Assembly (NCBI GenBank): GCA_963827235.1 | Contig: CAWHAE010000014.1 | Span: forward strand, 64,001-128,000 | Reading direction: 5' to 3' | DNA from: an uncultured bacterium | GTDB taxonomy: Bacteria; Chloroflexota; UBA5177; JANWHV01 | Length of the DNA stretch: 64,000 nt | Shown here: in pieces, positions 10,407 to 21,300 of the stretch | Layout: every line of letters starts with the position of its first letter | Position numbering within the stretch: the stretch's first letter is position 1 | Position numbers and translations under genes: made by a program | The notes under the pieces: generated by a model | Told to the model about the DNA's origin: nothing | Databases searched by the model: none | The model's input: only the letters and a program-made list of their open reading frames with translations

Positions 10407-11027
10407 GTGGACGTACTCATCGCGACGACGAACGTACACAAGATCGCTGAATACCGGCGGCTGTTCGCCGAGTCGGCTATCGCCATACGCACTCCATCCG
10501 ATGCGGGCGTCGCGCCGCCGGAGGTTAACGAAGACGGTGCAACATTCGGGGCGAATGCTGCGAAGAAGGCGATCGCCTTCGCACAGGCGGCCGGTATCCC
10601 TGTGCTCGCCGACGACTCCGGAATCTGCGTCGACAGCCTTGCGGGGGCGCCGGGAGTGCGCAGCGCGCGCTTCGGCTCTCCCCACCTGGACGATGCCGGA
10701 CGGCTGTACTACTTGCTGGAATGTCTGAAGGACGTGCCGGTAGGGCGGCGCGGTGCGCACTATAGTTGTGCCCTCGCGCTCGCCACACGTGGTGGCATGG
10801 TTCTCGCAGTTGAAGGCAGGCTATACGGGGAGATCGACCGCGTGCCGAGTGCCGGTTCAACGGGCTTTGGCTACGATCCTGTTTTTGTCGTGCCGCGATT
10901 CGGCAGGACCGTGGCGGACATAAGCCCTGAAGAGAAGGACGCCGTCAGTCATCGAGGGAATGCAGTGCGGCATCTACTCAGTATGCTGGGCCGGCGGTCT
11001 CTCACCCCGGGTACACTGAATCTGTGA
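10407..11027 (+). CDS. rdgB: Non-canonical purine NTP pyrophosphatase (RdgB/HAM1)
   Basis: ATTNVHK, ADDSG, PGVRSARF, FGYDPVF, SHR. Confidence 0.95.
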   Translation: MDVLIATTNVHKIAEYRRLFAESAIAIRTPSDAGVAPPEVNEDGATFGANAAKKAIAFAQAAGIPVLADDSGICVDSLAGAPGVRSARFGSPHLDDAGRLYYLLECLKDVPVGRRGAHYSCALALATRGGMVLAVEGRLYGEIDRVPSAGSTGFGYDPVFVVPRFGRTVADISPEEKDAVSHRGNAVRHLLSMLGRRSLTPGTLNL

Positions 11028-11968
11028 ACAACCCGCAGCCAGACAGAGGCACCGCGCCGCCTAAGCAGCATCGCTTGAGCCTGGCGCAGGAAACCCGAGA
11101 GATCTTGTATGCACACCATCTGCGTCCGCGACAGCAGCTTGGCCAGAATTTCCTCATCGATCGTGAGGTCCTGGAGTCGGTTGTGGCGGCGGCGGAGCTG
11201 CTACGCGGACAGCAGGTGCTCGAGGTCGGAGCAGGCATCGGTACCCTCACGCTAGCGCTCGCTGAAGCCGGGGCGGATGTGACTGCGGTCGAGCTCGACC
11301 CGGCGCTGGCCCGCATCGCCACGCACCGCGCCGCCTCGTTGGAAAACGTGCGCGTTCGCGAGGCAAACATCCTGCACACCGACGTGTCGACACTCGTGGA
11401 CGTCGGGCGCGACTACGCGGTAGTAGCCAACATACCGTACTACATTACGGCGCCCATTCTGCGCCATTTTCTGGAACGCGTGGCTAGGCCGCGCGCCATG
11501 ATTCTAATGGTGCAGCGTGAAGTAGGAGAAAGGCTTGCCGCGCGGCCGGGCAAGATGAGCGCTCTCACGGTGTTCGCCCAGGTGTATGCGACGGTGGAGC
11601 TGGTGCGCGTGGTATCCGCATCATCGTTTATGCCGCCGCCCGAGGTCGCGTCTGCGATTATCCGCCTGAGGCTGCACGAGTCTCCGCCTGTGCCCTACGC
11701 CGAGCTTCCCTATTTCTTCACCGTGGTCAAGGCCGGGTTCAGCGCCAAGCGAAAGATGCTTCATAATGCGCTCGACCATGGATTACCGAATTCGACCGGC
11801 GTGATCGAAGTCGCTCTTGACGAGGCCGGCATCGAGCGCACGAGGCGCGCGGAGACTCTCAGCCTGCGTGAGTGGCGAACGCTGGCCATGGCGCTGCGCC
11901 TCGACGCGGACAACGTGCCCAAGCACGCGCGCATCGACGCAGCGGCAGCACAAGGCGGGCAGGCATGA
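11024..11968 (+). CDS. rsmA: 16S rRNA adenine dimethyltransferase RsmA/KsgA
   Basis: LGQNFL, EVGAGIG, VVANIPYYIT, RRAETLS. Confidence 0.96.
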   Translation: MNNPQPDRGTAPPKQHRLSLAQETREILYAHHLRPRQQLGQNFLIDREVLESVVAAAELLRGQQVLEVGAGIGTLTLALAEAGADVTAVELDPALARIATHRAASLENVRVREANILHTDVSTLVDVGRDYAVVANIPYYITAPILRHFLERVARPRAMILMVQREVGERLAARPGKMSALTVFAQVYATVELVRVVSASSFMPPPEVASAIIRLRLHESPPVPYAELPYFFTVVKAGFSAKRKMLHNALDHGLPNSTGVIEVALDEAGIERTRRAETLSLREWRTLAMALRLDADNVPKHARIDAAAAQGGQA

Positions 11969-12642
11969 CCGCTGAGACGCCGGCAACTCCGGCCATAAAG
12001 CTCATTGTCGGCCTGGGCAATCCCGGCAGGCGATATGCCAGGACGCGGCACAACGTCGGCTTCATGATCGTGGACGAGCTTGCCCGCCGCCTTGGCTGCC
12101 GAGGCTGGCGAGATGAGCGCCTGGCTTCCCTGTGCGAAGCCCCATGCAAGCCGGACCCGGTGCTGCTCATCAAGCCCCAAACCTTCATGAATCTCAGCGG
12201 CCATGCCGTGGTAGCCTACGCATCGCGAGCGAAGGCGGTACCTGAGAGCATCCTGGTAGTCGGCGACGACCTCGACCTGCCGTTTGGCAGGCTGCGCCTG
12301 CGACCGGGCGGGAGCGCCGGAGGGCACAACGGTCTGCGCTCTATCGCCGCCGAGCTTCAGTCGGATACCTTCGCCCGTCTTCGCGTAGGCATCGGCCGGC
12401 CGGCAGGGGGAGATCCGATCGATTATGTGCTTGCCCAGTTCAGCGAGGAGGAGTCGACGGACCTTCCTACAATCGTTGACGCCGCCTGCGAGATGGCGAC
12501 AGGCGCCCTAGAGACCGGCCTGCTCGCGGCGATGAACCGCTTCAACGGCAGGCGCAACGTGCTGGATCCGGCACCCGGGCCGGCTCCAATCTCCGGTGGA
12601 GGATCACCTTCGCCGGATGCGACGGACGGCGATCGTGCCTAG
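11965..12642 (+). CDS. pth: Peptidyl-tRNA hydrolase
   Basis: VGLGNPG..Y..TRHNVGF, KPQTFMNLSG, GGHNGLRSI; ATGA overlap with rsmA. Confidence 0.96.
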   Translation: MTAETPATPAIKLIVGLGNPGRRYARTRHNVGFMIVDELARRLGCRGWRDERLASLCEAPCKPDPVLLIKPQTFMNLSGHAVVAYASRAKAVPESILVVGDDLDLPFGRLRLRPGGSAGGHNGLRSIAAELQSDTFARLRVGIGRPAGGDPIDYVLAQFSEEESTDLPTIVDAACEMATGALETGLLAAMNRFNGRRNVLDPAPGPAPISGGGSPSPDATDGDRA

Positions 12643-15600
12643 CTTATCGGCGAACCTTCACCCGTTAGTCGGGCAGCTTACCGCGACGTCCGCAATCGGC
12701 ACGGTGCTGGCGCAACTTCGCAGTACAGGTTCGACCGCAGTACACGGCGCTCCGAAGGCCGGTCTGCCTGCTCTTGCGGCGATGTTGCAGTCAAGCGCGA
12801 ACGACGGCAAGCCCGGACAGGTGCTGCTGATCACAGCGGACCCGGAGCAGGCTGCGAGCTGGGCCGACGAGCTGCGGTACTGGATAGCGCCTGGAATTCC
12901 CGTCCTGCCCTTCCCCGCTCTCGAGGCGCTTCCCTATGAGCGCGCGGCGCCTGAACCCGGTTTGGTGCAACAGCGACAGGCAGCGCTCGAGGTGCTGGCC
13001 GGCGGTCGACCGGCCATCGTGGTCGCCCCCGCCCGCGCCCTGCTTCAGCCGCTGCAAGAGCCGCGCGCCTTCCTGTCGCTCACCCAGTCGTTCGCGGTGC
13101 GAGACACGCTCTCGGTCTCCGCGATGACCGCGAGGTGGCTGTCGCTTGGATACGCGGCGGCCACCATCGTGCAGCAGCCGGGTGAGTTCTGCAGACGCGG
13201 CGGTATCATCGACGTCTATCCTGCGGAAGCAGAATGGCCCGTGCGTATCGAGCTGGTGGGCGCCGAGATCGATTCACTGCGGCTGTTCGATCCGGCAACA
13301 CAGCGCTCCCACGGTCCTGTCTCGAGCTTCAAGATAGGTCCCCTGCATCCGTTCGCGTTGCCGGCGCCCGAGAGTGTTCTCGCGGCGCTTGAGGCCGTGG
13401 ATGCCTCACGTTGCCTGCCGCACGTGCAGGCGCTCTGGACCGAGGAGCTTCGCAATCTTAGGCTCGGGAAGCGCTTCGATGGCCTCGAATTCTACACGCC
13501 ATACCTGACGGTGCCGCAGGTCTCGGTCCTCGGCTACGTCGCCGAATCCGCGGTGCTTCTGCTGGATGATCGCGAGGAGCTGGCACGGACCCTGGACGAC
13601 CTGGTGCAGCGTGCTCGGGAGCTAAGCGATGAGCTGGTCGGGCGAGGCGAGATTCCATCCGGGTTGACATTCCCGTTGCTGGCTACCGAGCGGATCTGGG
13701 ACGATGTCGACGCGCTCCCGCGGCTCGAATGGCGACCGAGAGGGGGTCGCGGCAGCTACGATCTCGGCACGCACGGAGTGCTCCGCACTTCTCCCAGTTA
13801 TGGGGGCAGTTTGCGGCGCTTCGTGGAGGACTGTGACGAGTTCAGACGGCAAGAGGAGCGAGTGGTCATCGTGTCGCTGCAAGAGCAGCGCCTGGCCGAG
13901 CTCCTGCGGGAGGCCGGCGTACCGGTTACCGGGCTGGCGACCCTCGCTTCTGCACCGGATCGCGGTACGGTCGTCACGGTGCCGGGCCAGCTGCCCGAGG
14001 GCTGGCTCTCACCGGAGTCGCACCTCGTCGTGCTGACCGACTCCGAGATCGTAGGATGGGTCCGGCCGCGCGCGGCAGCTCGCTTCCACCGCGAAGCCGA
14101 CGAGAGCCTTGCCCTGGACTTCGTGCCCGGCGATTACGTCGTGCACATCGAGCATGGCATCGGCCGTTACCAGGGCGTGGTCAAGATGGGCAGCGGGAGG
14201 GCGGAGCGAGAGTACCTGGATCTTCAGTACGCGGGCACGGACCGCCTGTATGTGCCGACCGACCAGCTCGACAGAATCACAAAATACCGGGGCATGGGCG
14301 AGGAGAATCCCGCCCTCAGCCGGCTCGGCACCCAGGAGTGGACGCGCGCCAAAGCCAAGGCGAAGGAATCGGTGGAGGCCATCGCGCGCGAGTTGCTCGA
14401 TCTCTACAACTTCCGCGAGCAAGCGGACGGCCACGCCTTCGGCACGGATGGACATTGGCAGCGTGAACTCGAGGCAGCATTCCCGTTCGAGGAAACGGTT
14501 GACCAGGCGCAGGCCATTGCCGACGTGAAAGCAGACATGGAGCGGCCCCGGCCCATGGACAGGCTCGTGTGCGGCGACGTGGGCTACGGCAAGACTGAGG
14601 TGGCGCTGCGCGCCGCCTTCAAGGCGGTGATGGATGGCAAGCAGGTCGCCGTGCTGGTGCCGACTACCGTCCTGGCGCAGCAACACTACAACACGTTTCG
14701 GGAGCGCATGCAGGCCTTTCCCGTCCGCGTGGCGGTGCTCAGCCGATTCCACGCACGCGGTGACCAGCTGAAGGTGGTGGAGGGGCTCAAGCAGGGCAAC
14801 GTCGACATCGCCATCGGCACCCATAGACTGCTGCAGAAGGATGTCGAGTTTGCCAAGCTCGGACTTCTGATTATCGACGAGGAGCAACGGTTCGGAGTCA
14901 AGCACAAGGAGCATTTGAAGCAGATGCGCAGAAGCGTGGACGTGCTCACACTCACCGCCACGCCGATCCCGCGCAGCCTGCACATGAGTCTCACACAGGT
15001 CCGCGACCTGAGCGTGATCGCTACCGCTCCCGAGGGCCGGCTGCCTATCAAGACCTACCTGGAGCCTTTTGACGAACATCACGTGCGCGATGCCATCATG
15101 CGCGAGATGGATCGCGGTGGCCAGGTGTACTTCGTGCACAATCGCGTGCAGACGATCGAGGCCGTCGCGGAACGGTTGCGGAGGTTGGTGCCGCAGGCCC
15201 GCGTCGCCGTCGCCCACGGTCAGATGGTCGCCGATGCGCTCGAGCGAATCATGTTCGACTTTGCCGATCGGCGGTTCGACATCCTCGTCTGCAGCACGAT
15301 AATCGAGAACGGCCTGGATATCGCGAACGTGAACACGATGATCGTCAATGAGGCCACGCAGTTCGGACTTTCCCAGCTCTACCAGCTTCGTGGCCGCATC
15401 GGCCGGGGGAGCCGCAGAGGCTACGCATACCTGCTCTACAACCCGAACACGCCGGTGAGCAGGACCGCCGAACGACGGCTGAGGGCAATCTTCGAGTCCA
15501 CTGAGCTGGGTGCCGGATTCCAGATTGCGTTGAAGGACCTGGAGATCAGGGGTGCGGGTACAATCCTCGGCAGTGCACAGCACGGGCATCTGATTGCGGT

Positions 15601-16198
15601 CGGCTTCGACCTGTATTGCAATTTGCTGGCCGAGGCGGTGAATGAGAAACGAGGCATCGCCGCCAGCGGGCAGGCCGAACGGATCGTGCCAACGATCGAT
15701 CTTCAGGTCGACGCGTATATCCCGCCGGAGTATGTCGAGGACGAGAATCAGCGGTTGCGTCTCTACCAGCGACTGGCCGGGTTCGTGTCAGTCGATTCGG
15801 TCGACGACCTGGGAGGAGAGATGCGCGATCGCTTCGGCCCCCTGCCTGCTCCCGTGCAGGCCACGCTCGCCATCGTGCGCATCCGCATCAAGGCGGAAGC
15901 GCTGCATATCGCGGCGATCACCGTCGATCCGATGTGGCTTCTGATGCGCGGCTCGCCGGACACGTCCTACGACAGGGTCAGTCTCTACGGTCACTTCGGC
16001 ATGGCGGCGCGGATAGACCGCGGCAACCTTCGCGTTCCCATCGCGCGGGTGCAGCCGACCGCAGTTGAGGTCGTTGAAGAGATACTGGACAGAGGCCTGG
16101 CTCTGGCCGGTTCCGACGGTGAGGAACGCGACCCGCAGGCCGCGCTGCGCCGGGGCGGGTTGCGTGCCGTCACGGCTCCTCGCGGTTTTCCCATCTGA
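12635..16198 (+). CDS. mfd: Transcription-repair coupling factor Mfd
   Basis: CarD-like RID (GDYVVHIEHGIGRY), CGDVGYGKTEVA, DEEQRFG, QLRGRIGR, DLEIRGAG and C-terminal TRCF domain. Confidence 0.97.
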   Translation: MPSLSANLHPLVGQLTATSAIGTVLAQLRSTGSTAVHGAPKAGLPALAAMLQSSANDGKPGQVLLITADPEQAASWADELRYWIAPGIPVLPFPALEALPYERAAPEPGLVQQRQAALEVLAGGRPAIVVAPARALLQPLQEPRAFLSLTQSFAVRDTLSVSAMTARWLSLGYAAATIVQQPGEFCRRGGIIDVYPAEAEWPVRIELVGAEIDSLRLFDPATQRSHGPVSSFKIGPLHPFALPAPESVLAALEAVDASRCLPHVQALWTEELRNLRLGKRFDGLEFYTPYLTVPQVSVLGYVAESAVLLLDDREELARTLDDLVQRARELSDELVGRGEIPSGLTFPLLATERIWDDVDALPRLEWRPRGGRGSYDLGTHGVLRTSPSYGGSLRRFVEDCDEFRRQEERVVIVSLQEQRLAELLREAGVPVTGLATLASAPDRGTVVTVPGQLPEGWLSPESHLVVLTDSEIVGWVRPRAAARFHREADESLALDFVPGDYVVHIEHGIGRYQGVVKMGSGRAEREYLDLQYAGTDRLYVPTDQLDRITKYRGMGEENPALSRLGTQEWTRAKAKAKESVEAIARELLDLYNFREQADGHAFGTDGHWQRELEAAFPFEETVDQAQAIADVKADMERPRPMDRLVCGDVGYGKTEVALRAAFKAVMDGKQVAVLVPTTVLAQQHYNTFRERMQAFPVRVAVLSRFHARGDQLKVVEGLKQGNVDIAIGTHRLLQKDVEFAKLGLLIIDEEQRFGVKHKEHLKQMRRSVDVLTLTATPIPRSLHMSLTQVRDLSVIATAPEGRLPIKTYLEPFDEHHVRDAIMREMDRGGQVYFVHNRVQTIEAVAERLRRLVPQARVAVAHGQMVADALERIMFDFADRRFDILVCSTIIENGLDIANVNTMIVNEATQFGLSQLYQLRGRIGRGSRRGYAYLLYNPNTPVSRTAERRLRAIFESTELGAGFQIALKDLEIRGAGTILGSAQHGHLIAVGFDLYCNLLAEAVNEKRGIAASGQAERIVPTIDLQVDAYIPPEYVEDENQRLRLYQRLAGFVSVDSVDDLGGEMRDRFGPLPAPVQATLAIVRIRIKAEALHIAAITVDPMWLLMRGSPDTSYDRVSLYGHFGMAARIDRGNLRVPIARVQPTAVEVVEEILDRGLALAGSDGEERDPQAALRRGGLRAVTAPRGFPI

Positions 16199-16314
16199 GC
16201 CACGGCACCCCACTGAGAGTCCGATTCCCCTTCTGAACTCCCGTGAAGCCTTGACGCGGGGTACACTTGGCACAAGACGTAGCCGACCTCCACAGCGATC
16301 GGGAGCGAGATCAC

Positions 16315-17322
16315 ATGGCCGCAACAACACCGGATCGTCGCGCCGACCGGAAGCCTTCGACCCGGTGTCAGGTTTCAGCCGCCTCGTCAGGCTCGCCTGC
16401 GACGCTACCGAGCGCTCTGGGCCGGGCGATCGAGGAGTTCTTGCTCGACGAGCTGGCCCGGCGAGGTGAAAAGGCGCAAAGCCTGCGAGCGCGGACCTCC
16501 GACACGCATACACTTCTCGAGTGGGCGATCGGCCAGGGCGTTGCCGAGCCCGAACGGCTGACTCGCAACGTGCTGCGGAGCTGGATTGCCACCCTGCACG
16601 CGCAGGGCTATGCGCGCAGCTCCATGGCCCGCATGCTCTCGACGGCCCGCTCCTTTCTTCGCTTCTGCGAGATCAGGGGTGCGACGATCGATCGCAACGC
16701 GCTCTCGCTGAGCGCGGGCAGGCAGCAGCGGTCGCTGCCGGCGGTGTTGACGGAGCCTCAGGCGGCGCGCTTGCTGGATAGCCCGGCTGGTCGGTCTGCC
16801 GGCAACCGAGATCCTCTGCAGCTCCGCGACCAAGCAGCACTCGAGCTCCTCTATGGCGCTGGGCTGCGAGCAGCCGAGCTCTGCTCGATTCGCCTCGACA
16901 GCTTGTCCCTGGAGCGGCGCGAGCTGATCGTGATGGGCAAAGGTGCCAAGGAGCGGCGAGTGCTCTTTGGCCAGCCTGCGGCGCGGGCCGTGGAGGCCTA
17001 TCTTTCACGCTCCAGACCGATGTTGGTAGCCGGCGCGCGCGGGCACCAGGCGCTGATAGTCAACTGGCGAGGCGGACCGCTGACTGCGCGCGGACTCGCT
17101 CTGATCGTGGAGCGGCGCGCCGTCGCGGCAGGACTGACCGGCGGATTGCATCCGCACACGCTCCGCCACTCCTTTGCCACCCATCTGCTCAACGGTGGGG
17201 CGGATCTCAGGACGGTCCAGCTTCTGCTGGGACACGAAAGCCTGGCCACCACGCAGAAGTACCTGCACGTGGCGGATCCGACGCTGCGGCAGCTCTATCA
17301 CCGCTGCCACCCGCGCGCATAA
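16315..17322 (+). CDS. xerC: Tyrosine recombinase XerC/CodV-like with an intact active site
   Basis: GAGLRAAEL, MGKG, HPHTLRHSFATH, LLGH, TQKY; xerC-hslV-hslU synteny. Confidence 0.88.
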   Translation: MAATTPDRRADRKPSTRCQVSAASSGSPATLPSALGRAIEEFLLDELARRGEKAQSLRARTSDTHTLLEWAIGQGVAEPERLTRNVLRSWIATLHAQGYARSSMARMLSTARSFLRFCEIRGATIDRNALSLSAGRQQRSLPAVLTEPQAARLLDSPAGRSAGNRDPLQLRDQAALELLYGAGLRAAELCSIRLDSLSLERRELIVMGKGAKERRVLFGQPAARAVEAYLSRSRPMLVAGARGHQALIVNWRGGPLTARGLALIVERRAVAAGLTGGLHPHTLRHSFATHLLNGGADLRTVQLLLGHESLATTQKYLHVADPTLRQLYHRCHPRA

Positions 17323-17373
17323 CGTACACTGAGTCTGGGATCGCCTAGGCTGCGATCCAGCGGGATGACTCAA

Positions 17374-17910
17374 ATGGCACGGTATCGAAGCACGACGATA
17401 GTGGCTGTGATTCGCGATGGCGTGGCTGCCATGGCAGGCGATGGGCAGATCACGCATGGCGAGATAGCTCTAAAGCATAATGCGCGCAAGATCTATCGCG
17501 TGTACAATGATAAAGTGGTTGTTGGGTTTGCCGGCTCCGCGGCCGACGGCGTGACGCTGGTCGAGCGACTGGAGGGCCAGCTCGAGCAGAACAGCGGGCA
17601 GCTCCGGAAGGCAGCAGTAGAACTGGCAAAAGATTGGCGAACCGACAAGTACCTCAGACGGCTGGAGGCTGAGGTGGTTGCGGCGACCGCCGAGGAGCTG
17701 CTCGTCGTTACCGGCACGGGCGACGTGATCCAGCCCGACGAGGGCGTGATAGCCATAGGCTCAGGCGGCCCGTATGCGTACGCGGCTGCATCCGCCCTGC
17801 TGAAGCACACCGGTCTCAGTGCGCCGGAGATCGTGCGCTCCGCACTCTCGATTGCTGCGTCGCTATGCATATATACGAACGACCACGTCACCCTTGAGAC
17901 TTTGCCATAA
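17374..17910 (+). CDS. hslV: ATP-dependent protease subunit HslV
   Basis: N-terminal STTIVAV (catalytic Thr), AGDGQ, GFAGS, WRTDKYLRRLEA, IGSGG. Confidence 0.97.
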   Translation: MARYRSTTIVAVIRDGVAAMAGDGQITHGEIALKHNARKIYRVYNDKVVVGFAGSAADGVTLVERLEGQLEQNSGQLRKAAVELAKDWRTDKYLRRLEAEVVAATAEELLVVTGTGDVIQPDEGVIAIGSGGPYAYAAASALLKHTGLSAPEIVRSALSIAASLCIYTNDHVTLETLP

Positions 17911-18011
17911 TGTGCTCGGCTCGACGCTGCAGCCTCCTATCGGCCGCGCGATCCTGCCCTGCCCGCGTCTCTGCGCCTGCGGCGCGGAGAGACCTGTAGA
18001 AGGAAGCTCCC

Positions 18012-19439
18012 ATGGACGAGAAGAAGCTGGAATCGTTGACGCCTCGGCAGATTGTTCAGGAGCTCGATAAGTACATCGTGGGCCAGGACAAGGCGAAGCG
18101 GGCTCTGGCGATTGCCCTGCGCAACCGCTATCGCCGTCAGCTCGTACCAGCGGAGCTTCGAGAAGAGATCACGCCGAAGAACATCTTGATGATCGGGCCA
18201 ACCGGAGTCGGTAAGACCGAGCTTGCGCGTCGTATCGCCAAGCTTGCGGACGCGCCGTTCATCAAGGTAGAGGCGACGAAATTCACCGAGGTCGGATACG
18301 TCGGCCGCGATGTCGATTCGATTATCCGCGACCTGGTGGAGACGAGCGTCAACATGGTCCACGACGCCCAGGTCGAGGAGGTGCGAGCGGAGGCCGAAGG
18401 GCTGGCCACGGAGAAGCTGATCGGCTACCTGGTCGGATCGCTCGACGGCGAGACACCCGAGAACGCGCCCGCGGCAGCGCCCAGCGAGGCTCCGGCCGGC
18501 GAGAAAGTCACTGCCACCGAGAAGAAACCGCGCTCGGGTGAGCAGGCACGAGAGCGCCGCCGGCGGAAGTCGGTGGCTAAGATGCTCGCGGACCAGAAGC
18601 TGGAAGAACACATCGTGGAGATCGAGCTCGAGCCGGAGGACTATGGGTGGCCGGCCATGGAGTTCACTGCCGGCATGAGCGGCGACGACATGGGAGAGGC
18701 GTTCCAGGATTTCCTGGCGCACATGCAGAGCCAGAGGAAGCGCTCGCGCCAGGTACCAGTGCGCGAGGCTCGCCAGCTGCTCATTCAGGAGGAATCCAAC
18801 AAGCTGATCGACTGGGATGCAGTGGTGGACCGCGCCGTCGAAAAGGTTGAGCAGGGTGCCATCGTGTTTATCGATGAGATAGACAAGATCGTGGGCCGCG
18901 GCGGTGACTCGGGTCCGGACGTATCCGGAGAAGGCGTGCAGAGGGATCTGCTGCCGATCGTGGAGGGTTCGCAGGTCACCACGCGATATGGATCGGTGAA
19001 GACCGAGCATGTGCTCTTCGTCGCTGCCGGCGCTTTCGGGCGCGTGCGGCCGTCCGATTTGATTCCCGAGCTTCAGGGCCGATTCCCGATCCGCGTCGAA
19101 CTGTCTCGACTCAGCTTTGACGACTTCGTGCGGATTCTCACGCAGCCAGACAACGCTCTGACGAAGCAATACCAGGCGCTGCTGGCTATTGAAGGTGTCG
19201 ACCTGCAGTTTACCGAGGAGGGTCTCCGGGAGATGGCTCGTTGCGCTTGCGACATGAACGAGCGCAACGAGGATATCGGGGCCCGTAGGCTGCACACGGT
19301 GGTCGAGCGCGTACTCGAGGAGATCAGCTACGATGCCAGCGAGCACTCGGGCGAGGCGGTCGTGGTCGACGCGGAGTACGTCAAGGGGCATCTGGCCGAT
19401 GTGCTGGCCAGGCCCGATCTGTCCCGATTCATCCTGTAG
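18012..19439 (+). CDS. hslU: ATP-dependent protease ATPase subunit HslU
   Basis: GPTGVGKTE, GYVG, DEIDK, IGARRL, C-terminal DLSRFIL. Confidence 0.97.
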   Translation: MDEKKLESLTPRQIVQELDKYIVGQDKAKRALAIALRNRYRRQLVPAELREEITPKNILMIGPTGVGKTELARRIAKLADAPFIKVEATKFTEVGYVGRDVDSIIRDLVETSVNMVHDAQVEEVRAEAEGLATEKLIGYLVGSLDGETPENAPAAAPSEAPAGEKVTATEKKPRSGEQARERRRRKSVAKMLADQKLEEHIVEIELEPEDYGWPAMEFTAGMSGDDMGEAFQDFLAHMQSQRKRSRQVPVREARQLLIQEESNKLIDWDAVVDRAVEKVEQGAIVFIDEIDKIVGRGGDSGPDVSGEGVQRDLLPIVEGSQVTTRYGSVKTEHVLFVAAGAFGRVRPSDLIPELQGRFPIRVELSRLSFDDFVRILTQPDNALTKQYQALLAIEGVDLQFTEEGLREMARCACDMNERNEDIGARRLHTVVERVLEEISYDASEHSGEAVVVDAEYVKGHLADVLARPDLSRFIL

Positions 19440-19642
19440 CGGCGCGCACGGCGCGGGTTGCCAGCGCACTGTGGGATCAATGGCATCGGGGGTCGAACTT
19501 CCGTCCTCAGCACCGAAGTAGTCATCTCGGCCGCTCGAGCAGTGCCGTTTCGGCAGGCAGTTGGTCGTGGGAATGCAACCAAGCGCTCGACGTCGTTTGC
19601 TCGCGCCCAGGTCGGCTGCTAAACTTCATAACTGGCTCAAAT

Positions 19643-19719
19643 ACACACGAGGACCGACCGCGCCATGGTGGCTTCGTCGAAGCTCTGCGCGCGGGAAGAC
19701 GTTCTCGGAGGATGCAACC
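19643..19719 (+). ncRNA. rpsB (S2) leader autoregulatory RNA
   Basis: CACAC-GAGGAC pairs with GTTCTC-GGAG; internal GGT plus downstream AACC give pseudoknot potential; an extended -10-like TGCTAAACT lies just upstream. Confidence 0.65.
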
Positions 19720-19739
19720 AAGAAAAGGGGCATACGCAC

Positions 19740-20636
19740 ATGGCAGTCGCTAGCATGCGCCAACTGCTTGAGTCTGGAGTTCACTTCGGTCACCAGACAC
19801 GGCGCTGGAATCCCAAGATGCGCGAGTACATCTTCGCTGAGCGCAACGGGATCCACATCATCGACCTGCAGCAGACAGTTCATCTTCTGCAAGACGCCTA
19901 CACGTACGCGCGTGGGCTGGCAGAGCAGGGCCGCACTATCCTCTTCGTGGGCACGAAGAAGCAGGCCCAGGAGGCGGTATCGGAGGAAGCCGCGCGCTGC
20001 GGAATGTTTTACGTGAACCAGCGCTGGCTGGGCGGCATGCTGACCAACTTCACCACGATCCAGCAGCGGCTCCGCAGAATGCTGGAACTGGAGAATCAGG
20101 TCAAGAACGGCGATCTCTCTCGACGGACCAAGCGCGAGGCACTTCACGTGCAGGAGGAAATCGCCAAGCTCAACCGTCTGCTCGGCGGCGTCAAAGGCAT
20201 GCACAGGCTTCCCGATGCTGTGTTCATCATCGATACCAAGAAGGAGCGGTTGGCCATCCAGGAGGCGACGAGGCTGGAGATTCCGGTCATCGCCCTTCTC
20301 GATACAAACTGCGATCCGGACGAGGTTCAGTACCCGATCCCGGCCAACGACGATGCCATCCGTGCGGTACGCCTGCTCACCAGCAAGATAGCCGACGCCG
20401 TGATCGAGGGTCACCAGGCTCGCGAATCTGCCAACGCCGACCTGGAAGTCAACGTACGCGGCGCGGAATCGTTTAGCTTTGCACCGACGCCGAATGCCCA
20501 CGACGACACGCCGGCGCCACGTGAGGCGGCTGGCGCCGAAGCAGCCGACAAGGCTTCGGCTCCACTGGTGGACGAGAGCGAGATGAGCTTTGCCCCGCCT
20601 GCCATCGCTGAGGAGCCGGCCGCCGAGACCGCCTGA
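19740..20636 (+). CDS. rpsB: 30S ribosomal protein S2
   Basis: [35 protein letters not shown]; acidic/Ala-rich tail. Confidence 0.98.
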   Translation: MAVASMRQLLESGVHFGHQTRRWNPKMREYIFAERNGIHIIDLQQTVHLLQDAYTYARGLAEQGRTILFVGTKKQAQEAVSEEAARCGMFYVNQRWLGGMLTNFTTIQQRLRRMLELENQVKNGDLSRRTKREALHVQEEIAKLNRLLGGVKGMHRLPDAVFIIDTKKERLAIQEATRLEIPVIALLDTNCDPDEVQYPIPANDDAIRAVRLLTSKIADAVIEGHQARESANADLEVNVRGAESFSFAPTPNAHDDTPAPREAAGAEAADKASAPLVDESEMSFAPPAIAEEPAAETA

Positions 20637-20702
20637 TCCCTCGCTTCGCTCATGCTGCACGACCTACAGCTCAGGTGCAATCAGACTCGAAGGGATGACA
20701 AC

Positions 20703-21293
20703 ATGGAGATCACTGCGCAGATGGTCAAGGAACTGCGCGACAAGACCGGTGCTGGCGTTATGGACTGCCGGAAGGCGCTGACCGGGGCCGAGGGCAACAT
20801 GGCCAAGGCCGAGGCCATGCTCAAGGAGAAGGGCATGCGCGGACCCAAGGATCCGACCCGCGTGACTAAACAGGGGCTTGTCGAGTCGTACAAGCACCCA
20901 GGTGGGCAGCTTGGCGCTCTCGTCGAGCTGAACTGCGAGACCGACTTCGTATCGCGAACAGAGGACTTTCAGAAGCTCGCTTACGAGATTGCTCTGCAGG
21001 TCGCGGCTGTTGATCCAAAGTACGTCGACCGTGACTCCGTGCCGCAAGGTGACGTCGACGCCCAGAAGGCCGCCTTCGCCGAGCAGCTTGCTCTTTCCGG
21101 TACGCCGGAGCAGGATCTGCCTGGCAAGCTGGAGGAACGGCTGGCGGAGTGGTTCAAAGAAGTCGTGCTGCTCGAGCAGGCCTACGTGCGCGATCCGAAA
21201 CAAACCATCAAGCAGCTGATTCTCGGCCTGGTGGCCACGACTCGAGAGAATATCCGCGTCGGCAGGTTCACGCGTTTCAAGGTCGGGGAGTAA
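20703..21293 (+). CDS. tsf: Elongation factor Ts (short, about 196 aa form)
   Basis: [37 protein letters not shown]. Confidence 0.96.
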   Translation: MEITAQMVKELRDKTGAGVMDCRKALTGAEGNMAKAEAMLKEKGMRGPKDPTRVTKQGLVESYKHPGGQLGALVELNCETDFVSRTEDFQKLAYEIALQVAAVDPKYVDRDSVPQGDVDAQKAAFAEQLALSGTPEQDLPGKLEERLAEWFKEVVLLEQAYVRDPKQTIKQLILGLVATTRENIRVGRFTRFKVGE

Positions 21294-21300
21294 CCGGTAC

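Noticed and set aside
14009-15589. 526-aa antisense ORF, and similar long shadows at 17937-19469 and 42293-43903
   Set aside because: These are antisense shadows of mfd, hslU and wzm/wzt, typical of high-GC DNA, with no motifs.
17312-17339. CGCGCGCATAA-CGTACA at the xerC stop resembling a dif left arm
   Set aside because: The right arm lacks TTATG; probably coincidence with the stop codon.
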